Shown here: positions 19,049-28,050 of the stretch, one piece after another | Numbering within the stretch: position 1 is the stretch's first letter | Layout of the letters: the number at the start of each line of letters is the position of its first letter | DNA from: an uncultured Thermoplasmata archaeon | Lineage (GTDB): Archaea > Thermoplasmatota > Thermoplasmata > UBA10834 | Direction: 5' to 3' | Assembly: GCA_963719945.1 (NCBI GenBank) | Contig: CAVRDX010000001.1 | Location: forward strand, 1-64,000 | DNA: 64,000 nt | Notes under the pieces: generated by a model | The model's input: the letters and a program-made list of their open reading frames with translations, nothing else | What the model was told of the DNA's origin: nothing | Databases searched by the model: none | Position numbers and translations under genes: made by a program

Positions 19049-19819
19049 CTAAGCCACCTCCTTCGGTTCTTCCACTTCTGCATCCACGGACCGCACCTGG
19101 TATCTCCTCTTGAGTGCGTTCCTCTGCTCCTCGTACACCTTCTTGCAGCCCTCGATGGCCATATTCAGGCCCTGGGTGTACTCGTCGTGCGTGAGGTCGC
19201 CGTCCATCTGGAGCAGGACGATCTCTTCGGTCCTCGGGACATATCCGACTGGTATGTCCGCCTCTCCGAAGTTGTCCTCTTCCTTTCCGAGGTCTACCAT
19301 GACTGTGCCGGCCGCCTTTCCAGCGGCGCACGATGCGACCAGGTCCCTCATCGGCACGCCAGCATCTGCCAGCGCGACGGATGCTGCAGTCAACCCGGCA
19401 CATCTCGTGCCGGCATTCGCCTGCAGGACCTCGATGTACACATCGATGGATGTCCTCGGGAAGTACTCTGTGAATACCACATGTGTGAGCGCCTCGCTGG
19501 TGATCTTGGAGATCTCGTGCGACCTCCTGTCCGGTCCCGGCCTCTTCCTGTCGTCGACCGAGAACGCTGCCATATTGTAATGGCACTGTACCAAAGCCCT
19601 CGTCGGGTTCTGCAGGTGCCTAGGGTGACATTCCCTGGGTCCGTAGACCGCCGCTAGTACCTTGTTCAGTCCCCATTCTACATATGCGGAGCCGTCTGCC
19701 TTCTTCAGCACGCCCGCCTCTATCTTTATCGGCCTCATATCTTCGGGTCTTCGTCCATCGACCCTCTTGCCGTTCTCATCTAGCAACTTGATATCATTGG
19801 GTATAGGTGTTCCGCCCAT
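19049..19819 (-). CDS. rrp41: Exosome complex exonuclease Rrp41
   Basis: ADGSAY, VYGPRE, RRSHEIS, AGTRCA, LLQMDG. Confidence 0.96.
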   Translation of the reverse strand: MGGTPIPNDIKLLDENGKRVDGRRPEDMRPIKIEAGVLKKADGSAYVEWGLNKVLAAVYGPRECHPRHLQNPTRALVQCHYNMAAFSVDDRKRPGPDRRSHEISKITSEALTHVVFTEYFPRTSIDVYIEVLQANAGTRCAGLTAASVALADAGVPMRDLVASCAAGKAAGTVMVDLGKEEDNFGEADIPVGYVPRTEEIVLLQMDGDLTHDEYTQGLNMAIEGCKKVYEEQRNALKRRYQVRSVDAEVEEPKEVA

Positions 19820-20519
19820 CAGTCTCACTCTCCATCTCCTGAACCGTGTCTCCCAGGAGTTTCTTAACTTTCTCGGTGAGGCCTACGCTGTGCGCCTCTT
19901 CCTCTATCAGTTTGACGGCCTTGATGGCCCTGACAATATTATCGAGGTCTCCATCGATCCATATCCTGCCGTTCTGCCCGACGTATATCCTGCATCCCGT
20001 CGAGTTCTTCAGCATCTGGATCATGGAACCACTCTTGCCAATCACTCGTGGTACCTTCGAGGGCGATATGTCCAGAATCATGCCCCCCGTGAGTTTCCTC
20101 AATCCGTGCTCCTTCATGGAGACATGGATCTTTCTGGTCTCGTCCACATCGATTACCTTGAGGAGCACGACATCTCCAACGGTCATGAACCTCGTGGTCT
20201 CTCCGAACTCCACCCTCCAGGGCACCTCATTGACATGCAACGGTGCTGGGTACGGGGAGTTGATGTCGACCAACCAGTTGGACGAGCTGACGTCCACTAT
20301 CTTGCCGACTACCATATCCCCTCTATCGGGCACATACTGCCCTGACAACGGGACCACGCCGACAACGTTCTGCCTCACGCTTTTAATCCCTAGCTGCGCG
20401 GCGTAGATGTTTTTGCCCTCGTTGAAAGTCCCGGGGCCCGGAGTCAATCCGGAGCTGTCCAGGAGGTCCCCTGGTACAACTATCTCTCTCGCAACGTCTT
20501 TAGAATCACTTGTCTGCAT
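19794..20519 (-). CDS. rrp4: Exosome RNA-binding protein Rrp4
   Basis: IVVPGDLL, S1 domain, KH motif [20 protein letters not shown]. Confidence 0.95.
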   Translation of the reverse strand: MQTSDSKDVAREIVVPGDLLDSSGLTPGPGTFNEGKNIYAAQLGIKSVRQNVVGVVPLSGQYVPDRGDMVVGKIVDVSSSNWLVDINSPYPAPLHVNEVPWRVEFGETTRFMTVGDVVLLKVIDVDETRKIHVSMKEHGLRKLTGGMILDISPSKVPRVIGKSGSMIQMLKNSTGCRIYVGQNGRIWIDGDLDNIVRAIKAVKLIEEEAHSVGLTEKVKKLLGDTVQEMESETDGRNTYTQ

Positions 20520-20708
20520 CTGACTCACTCGCATTCACAGTCAGATAAACATGCCAGCACGGCCCTGGACACAGATTCGTCCCGAGACCTGCAGCGCATT
20601 TACCTCTGTCTCTTTTCGAATGGCTGAAGAACATCTCCTGTTTTAATCTTTTGGTCGTAATAGGCCCGTTTCAGGGACATGCCTGGCATTGTGCTGGGGC
20701 GGGAGAGT

Positions 20709-21413
20709 TCACTTGCCCGCCTTCAGAACCTTGACATCAGCCTCTCCATGGGTCCTGTTGTTTATCTTCTCGAAGAACTCCGTCTGCAGCCCCGCAGGCA
20801 TCTCCACGACCCCTATCCAAGAGCCGTCGGTCTGCCATTCCTCTTTGACGATCTTCCCGAAATGTCGGAATTCCTCGTAGCAGCGGCCGTAGTCCTCCCC
20901 GGATACCTTGACCGCGATCCTGACCTTGTCGAACTTGATCGGAATGAGCGGTCTGAGTGCGTCCATGATGGCTGGGACCTGCGCCTCGACAGACTTGAAC
21001 GGGTCTATGTGCACCCTCGCCTCCTCCATGGCGGTCTCGATCCTGGTGGGTGGGTGCGGTCCGCCTGTCTGCGGGTTCATCGCGTTCCTCGCGATGTACT
21101 CCACGATCCTCTTGCGCTTGTTCTCCTGCATCACCTTGCGCTGTTCCGTGGTGAGCTGGACTTCGCCCTTGAGGATGATGATCTTCGCGACTTCCATGGG
21201 GTCAATGGTCCCGAAGATCTCTTTGATCTTGTCATCGGACGCCCTGGTACCCTTCTTGGCATTCTTGAAAATCGTATCTATCGCCATGTGGTCCAGAAGG
21301 TCTACCTCTTTGCCGTCCTTCATCTTCTGGACGACGTCTGGGTCTATCAGTATCTCGAAGCTCTCGCCATGAGATTCCATCCTGGCTACTATCGCCTCAT
21401 CGAGGTCGACCAT
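20709..21413 (-). CDS. Ribosome assembly factor SBDS (Sdo1)
   Basis: [28 protein letters not shown]. Confidence 0.95.
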   Translation of the reverse strand: MVDLDEAIVARMESHGESFEILIDPDVVQKMKDGKEVDLLDHMAIDTIFKNAKKGTRASDDKIKEIFGTIDPMEVAKIIILKGEVQLTTEQRKVMQENKRKRIVEYIARNAMNPQTGGPHPPTRIETAMEEARVHIDPFKSVEAQVPAIMDALRPLIPIKFDKVRIAVKVSGEDYGRCYEEFRHFGKIVKEEWQTDGSWIGVVEMPAGLQTEFFEKINNRTHGEADVKVLKAGK

Positions 21414-21423
21414 GGTCCTCAAC

Positions 21424-22146
21424 TCACTTCGCTAGTTTCTTGACGTACCCTTCTACCTCGGAGTCGCTCAATCTGCGGAAATTCTCTCCGACTCTGACGA
21501 CACCGATCTCGACGGCCTTCGTGTTCAGGTTCTCCTCGGTGGCCTTGGAGAGCGCCCTGAGTCCGAGCAGGATGGCCTCGTCCACGCTGAGGTCCTCCTT
21601 GTAATCCTCCTCAAAGACATCCATGATGGCGTTCTTGCCAGCACCGATTGACCCGGCCTTGTATGAGACCAGCGCGCCGCTGGGGTCCGTCTCGTAAAGG
21701 TGGCAACCTTGATCATCGACACCTGCGACCAGGAGGGCTGTTCCGAACGGCCTGACGCCGCCATACTGTGTATAGTTCTGCTTGAAGTCACAGAGCCTCT
21801 TGACGAGGGTCTCTATATCGACCTTCTCCGCATAGGTGACCTTGTTGATCTGTGCGACTACCCTTGCGTGGTCCACGAGCACTCTCGCATCCGCAACCAG
21901 TCCCGAGGTCGCGCAGCCTATGTGTTCGTCGATCTGGAATATCTTCTCTATCGAGCGTGATTCGATGAGCCTGCTCGCAATCCTCTTGTCGACTATGAGT
22001 GCGACGCCGTCCTTGAACTTCAGACCGACTGTCGTTGTGCCTCTCTTAACTGCTTCTCTTGCGTATTCGACCTGGAATAGTCTGCCATCTGGTGAGAACA
22101 CCGTGATTGCCCTGTCATACGCCATCTGTCCTGGCTGCATCTTCAT
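21424..22146 (-). CDS. psmA: Proteasome subunit alpha
   Basis: [29 protein letters not shown]. Confidence 0.98.
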   Translation of the reverse strand: MKMQPGQMAYDRAITVFSPDGRLFQVEYAREAVKRGTTTVGLKFKDGVALIVDKRIASRLIESRSIEKIFQIDEHIGCATSGLVADARVLVDHARVVAQINKVTYAEKVDIETLVKRLCDFKQNYTQYGGVRPFGTALLVAGVDDQGCHLYETDPSGALVSYKAGSIGAGKNAIMDVFEEDYKEDLSVDEAILLGLRALSKATEENLNTKAVEIGVVRVGENFRRLSDSEVEGYVKKLAK

Positions 22147-22227
22147 TACACCTCTTTTCTTGACTGTGATATAAGCCTAGCCGGCATATCGCCCGCTATG
22201 TCTGGGAAGTGCCTAACGCGGTTGCCG

Positions 22228-22244
22228 GTATAAAGGTTTTTGGC
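22228..22244 (-). promoter_or_regulatory. psmA promoter (BRE plus TATA)
   Basis: Minus strand GCCAAAAACCTTTATAC, about 80 nt upstream of psmA; BRE overlaps the target-site duplication of the adjacent element. Confidence 0.6.
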
Positions 22245-22440
22245 GAATGTGGTTCTGTCAATGATCGGGTGGTGGTCATCATGACCGCCCCACCGATCGA
22301 CTCGTCCCATTCGGCTCCGACCGTGCGCCCATGAATGGGTCGCAGAGGGTCATCACCACGTCATGCTGGAACGCGCCGGGGCTGAACCGTAAGCCCCCTG
22401 CCATCCCTTCCGGGAAGGCTGTATTCAGCAGGTTTATGCC
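22230..22440 (-). ncRNA. Predicted omegaRNA (scaffold overlapping the tnpB 3' end, plus flanking guide)
   Basis: Hairpins at 22263-22298 and 22324-22344 at the element end; general TnpB biology; boundaries approximate. Confidence 0.5.
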
Positions 22441-23303
22441 GGCGTTGACATGCCTGTCGGCACGCCAACCGCACTCACACTCGAACTCGGAGCCCATTCG
22501 GGAATGATTCAATCTCCCACATATCGGGCACCTCCTGCTGCTGTTGTATGGGTCCACCTTGATGACTGGCACGCCTATCCAGGCTGCCTTGTACTCGATG
22601 AAGTCGTGAAGCATCTTCCGAGGCCACGAGCTCAACCGACGGTTGAGCGATTTGCCACGCTTACGCCCGATCATCCCATTCAGATCCTCGAGCACAATCG
22701 TCGATTTATGCTCCTCCGCGAGGCCGAGGACCGCATTGGCCACTTGGTGCATGCGATACTCGATCCGATGATGCTCTCTCTTCCCCTCTCTGCGACACAA
22801 CCACCTCGATGTCCGTCGATCGTGCGCCTTCCTCTTCTGAAGGCGCTTCCGTCGGTCGTGATGTCGTGCCTGGATGATTGCGACATCTGGATACGCAGCC
22901 CGGATCGGCACGCTTCCAACTTCGCTCATAAACACGCTGTCCAAGCTCCGCTCATTGGTATCGAGCGACAGGACCGTCTCTGGAATGTATGATATAGGTG
23001 GGCTCTTCCTGAAGTCTTTGTACGCCAGCTTCACCAGGGCATTTCTGGAGGTGACCTTTGCCTGGAGGCCGGCCCTGATCGCGCAATTGGCCGCCAGGCG
23101 GAAATCCTCCATGAGCATCCTGGCCTCAAACGGGAGCTCCCCATGAATGTGGAACACTACCGCTCTGTGGAGCATCTAATACGGTATCTGGCCAGGGACA
23201 TATCCATCACCTGGCTACATGCATGCTACTCGTGCGATCGACGAGATATTCATGTCATCGGGAAAGGCACCATCGACAACACCACCCGAAAATTGACAGA
23301 GCC
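22251..23303 (-). mobile_element. Non-autonomous TnpB-carrying element with terminal inverted repeats and a 9-bp target-site duplication
   Basis: TIRs GGTTCTGTCAATGATCGGGTGGTG (22251-22274) and CACCACCCGAAAATTGACAGAGCC (23280-23303), 21/24 match; direct repeat GGCGAATGT at 22242-22250 and 23304-23312; tnpB is the only recognisable gene, no transposase. Confidence 0.9.
22279..23175 (-). CDS. tnpB: TnpB RNA-guided nuclease family protein, short, apparently with an in-frame internal deletion
   Basis: RuvC-I LSLDTNE, RuvC-II IVLEDL, zinc finger CPICG...CECG, RuvC-III ADRHVNAGINL; only ~70 aa precede RuvC-I. Confidence 0.9.
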   Translation of the reverse strand: MLHRAVVFHIHGELPFEARMLMEDFRLAANCAIRAGLQAKVTSRNALVKLAYKDFRKSPPISYIPETVLSLDTNERSLDSVFMSEVGSVPIRAAYPDVAIIQARHHDRRKRLQKRKAHDRRTSRWLCRREGKREHHRIEYRMHQVANAVLGLAEEHKSTIVLEDLNGMIGRKRGKSLNRRLSSWPRKMLHDFIEYKAAWIGVPVIKVDPYNSSRRCPICGRLNHSRMGSEFECECGWRADRHVNAGINLLNTAFPEGMAGGLRFSPGAFQHDVVMTLCDPFMGARSEPNGTSRSVGRS

Positions 23304-23344
23304 GGCGAATGTGAAATCGAGCATATCGATATTGTCGATCGGAC

Positions 23345-23683
23345 CTACTCCCAAGTCTTCTGCTTGGGCGAATCCGCTTTCAGATACTGTCGTTTGAGGT
23401 TCTTGATGGTGCCCGAAGTCCTGAGCGTGACCACCTTGCACGGGACATTCCTGACCGAGTCCACCTTCGTCAATACCTCTATCGCCTCGTCCTTGAGCCT
23501 GTGAGGGACCTTGAGTATTCCGACCTCGGGTTCGAACACGGTTATCCTGAAACCGTTCTGGACGGGCGTGCCTTTCGCCTTCGCCAAAAGTGATGTTAGA
23601 AAATCGTTTCTGGCGAAAGGTCTCACGCTCTCGATCCTGAAAGCGATGTACCTCCACCTCTCGCCAGGTGCCTTCTTCGGCAT
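23345..23683 (-). CDS. rnp2: Ribonuclease P protein component 2 (Pop5/Rpp14)
   Basis: ERWRYIAFRI, TLRTSGTIK; normally directly upstream of psmA. Confidence 0.88.
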   Translation of the reverse strand: MPKKAPGERWRYIAFRIESVRPFARNDFLTSLLAKAKGTPVQNGFRITVFEPEVGILKVPHRLKDEAIEVLTKVDSVRNVPCKVVTLRTSGTIKNLKRQYLKADSPKQKTWE

Positions 23684-23688
23684 GGATC

Positions 23689-24798
23689 TCAGCGCACGAA
23701 TTCCATGCCATGTTTGGCGTTGTTCTGTGAATCGGGGGACAGTAGCTGCGGGCTCTTGACTCCGGTGAGGACGAGCATGACCCTCATGAGTCCGTCCATG
23801 GCAGGGTCCACGCTGCAACCCCAGATTATCCTCGCGTTCGGATTGATCTTGGCGTTGACGAGTTCGGCAGCCTTCTCCGCTTCGGAGACGGTCATGTCCG
23901 TTCCGCCAGTCACCCTGATCAGAGCGCCTCTCGCGCTCGAAAGGTCGATATCTCCCAGGAGTGGCGATTCGAGTGCTTGTCTGACTGCGCTGTCCACACG
24001 GTCTCCTCTCGAGGAAGTCTTGTTGTCAGCCTCTCCCATTCCTATGAGCGCGACACCGCCGTTCTTCATGATCGTCATGACATCGTTGAAGTCCAAGTTG
24101 ACGAGTCCAGGTTTGGTGATTATCTCCGTGAGCCCCTTGATGGATTCCATCAGGACCTCGTCCGCCACTCTGAAAGCAGCGTCCAGAGGCAGTTTTGGGA
24201 CCAGCTCGAGGAGCTTGTCGTTCGGTATGACTGCAGTGGTATCGCAATTCATCTTGAGCCTTTCAAGACCTCTGATCGCGTTCTCCATGCGGATCTTGCC
24301 CTCGGCTTTGAACGGCATAGTGACTATGCCGATCGTGAGAGCGCCGGATTCCCTGGCCATCCTCGCGACGACTGGTGCGGACCCTGTGCCCGTTCCGCCG
24401 CCCATACCCGCAGTGACGAAGACGATATTGGACCCCTTCACATACTGCTTCAGGTCCTCTTCGGATTCCATCGCGGCTCTCTCGCCTATTTCGGGGAGTG
24501 CTCCTGCGCCCAACCCCTTCGTCAAGGTCTTGCCTAGGAGAATCTTGTGCGGTGAATGGATATGCAACAGGTGCTTGGCATCGGTGTTCGCAGCGACAAT
24601 ATCGGCACCGAATATGCCCGATTGCTGGAGACGGTTGACCGTGTTGGAACCTCCGCCCCCACATCCTACGATAGTTATGTTCACCTTCAGCTTCTCAACT
24701 ATCTTGGCAAGCTCCTCATCCTCAGGAGTGCCCATTGCTTCCTTCGTGCTCTTTTCCAGCGCGTGCAGCTCGAGAGCATCATCTATGAGTGATTTCAT
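23689..24798 (-). CDS. ftsZ: Cell division protein FtsZ (paralog A)
   Basis: GCGGGGSN, ANTD, GMGGGTGTG, NLDFND. Confidence 0.96.
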   Translation of the reverse strand: MKSLIDDALELHALEKSTKEAMGTPEDEELAKIVEKLKVNITIVGCGGGGSNTVNRLQQSGIFGADIVAANTDAKHLLHIHSPHKILLGKTLTKGLGAGALPEIGERAAMESEEDLKQYVKGSNIVFVTAGMGGGTGTGSAPVVARMARESGALTIGIVTMPFKAEGKIRMENAIRGLERLKMNCDTTAVIPNDKLLELVPKLPLDAAFRVADEVLMESIKGLTEIITKPGLVNLDFNDVMTIMKNGGVALIGMGEADNKTSSRGDRVDSAVRQALESPLLGDIDLSSARGALIRVTGGTDMTVSEAEKAAELVNAKINPNARIIWGCSVDPAMDGLMRVMLVLTGVKSPQLLSPDSQNNAKHGMEFVR

Positions 24799-25149
24799 TT
24801 CATCCCATCCTAAATTGTTTGCATTATGAAATAATCTGCTAACTATATAAACGAATCCACACCCGCCAGTGTGCGTTTCTTCGAAGGTGCGTGAGCGCGC
24901 ACGCGCATCGTGTCTTCGACCAAAACCCAAGACCGTTCCCATCGTCTCTCATCTCCGGCGTTCGACCACCCGCATGTGCATGCGTATATCGAGAGTTTTC
25001 AATGAATTATCGAGCGCGCGCACCCCCGTGCACGGTGAACGGGACACGACTTTATCGTGTTTGAGAACGAAATACTGGCTTGACCCAGTATTTAGGAATG
25101 TTTATATTCGAGTTACTGGATATCTTATACAGCTTTATGGGGTGCATTA

Positions 25150-26364
25150 ATGCCGAAATCACTTGTCAAAGACGCATTGGGAAAAGACGTGCAAGAAATT
25201 ATAGAGAAATCTTCTCAACAGCCCGAACAGAAAGCGCAGGCTCCACAACCTGCACCCATGTCCGCGGACGATGAAGAGATAGCCAAAATCGCGGAGCAAC
25301 TGGATGTTAGCATCAAGATCATTGGTTGCGGCGGTGGCGGATCGAACACCATAAACAGGTGTGTTGAGGCTGGGATCTCAGGAGCGCAGCTGTGTGCGAT
25401 AAACACGGATGCCAAGCATCTGCTGGTCATACACGCGCCCCGGAAGATATTGATTGGAAAGAACGTCACGCGTGGTCTGGGTGCCGGCGCGATACCGCAG
25501 GTCGGAGAGGCTGCAGCTAAGGAGAACGAGCGCGAGATACGCGACTTCCTGAACGGTGCCAACATCGTGTTCGTCACCGCAGGAATGGGTGGCGGGACTG
25601 GTACTGGCTCAGCACACTTTGCTGCGAGGCTTTCGAAGGAGATGAAGGCCCTGACCATCGGTGTCGTCACTATGCCGTTCAAGGCGGAGGGCGAACTCCG
25701 GATGGAGAACGCTCTTGATGGATTGGAGAGGCTGAGGAGACTCTGCGACACGACCATCGTGATACCGAACGACAAGCTCCTGGAACTGGTCCCGAAGTTG
25801 CCAGTCGATGCGGCTTTCAAGGTCGCCGACGAGATTCTGATGCAGACCATCAGAGGCCTTACCGAGATCATAACGAAGCCCGGACTGGTCAACCTCGATT
25901 ACAGTGACATAATGACTGTCATGAACGAGGGCGGAGTGGCCTTCGTGGGAATGGGCGAGTCCGAGGATTCGGACGCCGAGGAGAGGATCCAGTCCGCAGT
26001 GGATGAGGCTCTCAACTCACCGTTGCTGGGCGAGATCGACCTCGGAGATGCGAGGGGTGCGCTCATCAGGGTAGTCGGTGGACCGGACATGACCGTCACC
26101 GAGGCTCAGCGGGCTGCTGAGGTCGTCGGTGAGAGGATCAACAAGCATGCGAGGCTCATATGGGGATGCAGTGTCGACCCAGCCTACGAGGGACAGGTCC
26201 GCGTGCTGCTGATCGTGACCGGTGCGAAGTCGAGCACATTGATCGGCAAGAACCACAACAGCGTGGCACACACACAGTCGAACAACAACAACGACAGGCC
26301 TTCACAAGCACAATCGCGTTCGTACGGTGCCGAGGACGACTCTGGAATCGACTTCGTGAGATAG
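25150..26364 (+). CDS. ftsZ: Cell division protein FtsZ (paralog B)
   Basis: GCGGGGSN, INTD, GMGGGTGTG, NLDYSD, C-terminal GIDFVR. Confidence 0.96.
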   Translation: MPKSLVKDALGKDVQEIIEKSSQQPEQKAQAPQPAPMSADDEEIAKIAEQLDVSIKIIGCGGGGSNTINRCVEAGISGAQLCAINTDAKHLLVIHAPRKILIGKNVTRGLGAGAIPQVGEAAAKENEREIRDFLNGANIVFVTAGMGGGTGTGSAHFAARLSKEMKALTIGVVTMPFKAEGELRMENALDGLERLRRLCDTTIVIPNDKLLELVPKLPVDAAFKVADEILMQTIRGLTEIITKPGLVNLDYSDIMTVMNEGGVAFVGMGESEDSDAEERIQSAVDEALNSPLLGEIDLGDARGALIRVVGGPDMTVTEAQRAAEVVGERINKHARLIWGCSVDPAYEGQVRVLLIVTGAKSSTLIGKNHNSVAHTQSNNNNDRPSQAQSRSYGAEDDSGIDFVR

Positions 26365-26420
26365 ACCGATCTGATAGTCAGCAAACACAAAAGGCGCGGC
26401 GGCCGAATGGTCGTCCCCGC

Positions 26421-27440
26421 CTAAACTTTGATTTTTCTCTCCCTCTTGCCTTCCAGCTTCGGCTCGTCGGCGAACCTCGCACCGCATTTCGGGCAGAACT
26501 TGTCCTCCAGACTCACCTTGGAACCGCATAGGGAGCATTCGGCTCCGCCCACTCTGTCGGAGAATACGACACCGCACAGGCAGGCGAAAGCGTCTTTGTC
26601 TACCCGTCGTCCGCACGACGGACATTCGGTTATGTATTCGACGAACGACCGCCCACAGAAATGGCACTCAGCCGATGACTCTGGTATCTCCTTGCCGCAT
26701 CCTGTACAGATCATGTTGCCTTCTCCGACCAGTCTCGCTCCGCACTCGCACAGGGCCTCTTCGTCAGAGACCACCCTCCCGCATTCCGGGCACTGGTACA
26801 GGTCCAGCGAGAAATCCGTCGAGAACACAACGCCGCATCTGTTGCAGAACTGATCGTCTTCCGACAGTGTGTTCGCACACTCGGGGCACTGGAGTGCCCG
26901 CTTGTACATCGAGCAATCGCAGCTTTCGCCATGGATGAGTCTGCGCCCGCAGATGTTGCAGAACATCGCATTGTCCGGCGAACTCCTCACCTGCTCCTTG
27001 AGCGCGAGATAAGTGTGCTCGGTCATTTCGCCGAGCAGGAACCTTTCCTCGATGAGCAGCAATTTATCCTCTTTCGAGAGAGATATCGATCTGATGGCGG
27101 GCATCTCGGAATCGACCACGTGAGGTTTCTGCCTGGAGTATCCGAGCTCCTTGTTGCACACAGGGCATGTCTCGACGCGCATGGCACATGAGTTATGGAA
27201 CTGTTTGCCACACCCGCATAGCACGCTGGGCAACCCTTGCTTGATGACCCCGAGACAAATGTCGCACTTGGTCTGCCCCTTCACTCTGACCGCCTTGACC
27301 TGCGGTCTTGTCCTGACCTGCATCCTTCTGGTGGCCGCACTGATCTTCTGTCCTTTCGGCACCTTGATCAGACGCGGTCCCGCCTTGGCCCTTCCTTTAC
27401 GAGCGATGACTCTGGACGATTTTCCCGTTCTGATAGACAA
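26421..27440 (-). CDS. Multi-zinc-ribbon protein with a RING-like N-terminal module
   Basis: Many CxxC/CxC pairs in double-zinc-ribbon spacing; CDIC...CGCGKQFHNSC...CPVC. Confidence 0.7.
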   Translation of the reverse strand: MSIRTGKSSRVIARKGRAKAGPRLIKVPKGQKISAATRRMQVRTRPQVKAVRVKGQTKCDICLGVIKQGLPSVLCGCGKQFHNSCAMRVETCPVCNKELGYSRQKPHVVDSEMPAIRSISLSKEDKLLLIEERFLLGEMTEHTYLALKEQVRSSPDNAMFCNICGRRLIHGESCDCSMYKRALQCPECANTLSEDDQFCNRCGVVFSTDFSLDLYQCPECGRVVSDEEALCECGARLVGEGNMICTGCGKEIPESSAECHFCGRSFVEYITECPSCGRRVDKDAFACLCGVVFSDRVGGAECSLCGSKVSLEDKFCPKCGARFADEPKLEGKRERKIKV

Positions 27441-27508
27441 CCTCTTCTCTCCAGCGATTGGTGCAACGTCTGCAACGGATATAAATTCCAGGCCTCCGAT
27501 TCCCCATC

Positions 27509-28043
27509 ATGTCTCTGAAGGAAACCGTCCGGTTCGTTGGCGAGCTCATGGCCCTGTCCGCCAGGACCGCTCCGAAGGCAGTGGGCCAGGATTTCATCGA
27601 GATAAGGCTGCTCACGGATTCCGAACGGATCGCGGTCGGCAATGACATGATACAGGTGGCGAAGGAAAGGAGCTCTCCAGGATTCGAGAGGGATGGACAG
27701 AACTGTCCTTGATTCGGATGCAGTGCTTCTCATCGGTCTGCAGGCACACAAAGGGATAGGTCTGGACTGCAGCGCCTGCGGATTCGCTAGCTGCGCGGAT
27801 TTCAACGAGGCTGCCCGCAAGGGCGACTTCATAGGGCCTAGCTGCGCGGTCCGATTGCTGGACCTCGGCATCGCCCTAGGGTCGGCGGCGAAGACCGCAT
27901 CCGATCACAATGTGGACAACAGGATCATGTATCGTGTGGGCGTCTCAGCAAGACGTCTCGGTCTCTCTCAATCGAACATCGTCCACGGGATACCATTATC
28001 CGCCACTGGTAAGAGCATCTTCTTCGACCGTTCAAAGAAGTGA
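27509..28043 (+). CDS. Ferredoxin-domain protein (DUF2148-like), 1-bp frameshift near 27704
   Basis: ARTAPKAVG...ERDGQN, then VLDSDAVLLIG...DCSACGFASC...DLGIALGSA...DNRIMY. Confidence 0.8.
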
Positions 28044-28050
28044 CTGGTAA

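Noticed and set aside
22251-23345. CRISPR array or Cas12f system at the tnpB locus
   Set aside because: No repeat-spacer array and no cas genes; the only repeats are the TIR pair and the TSD.
23705-25892. Long antisense ORFs over the ftsZ genes (and over pyrG, rpl2, rps3 and others)
   Set aside because: Shadow ORFs caused by high GC3 codon bias; no protein motifs.
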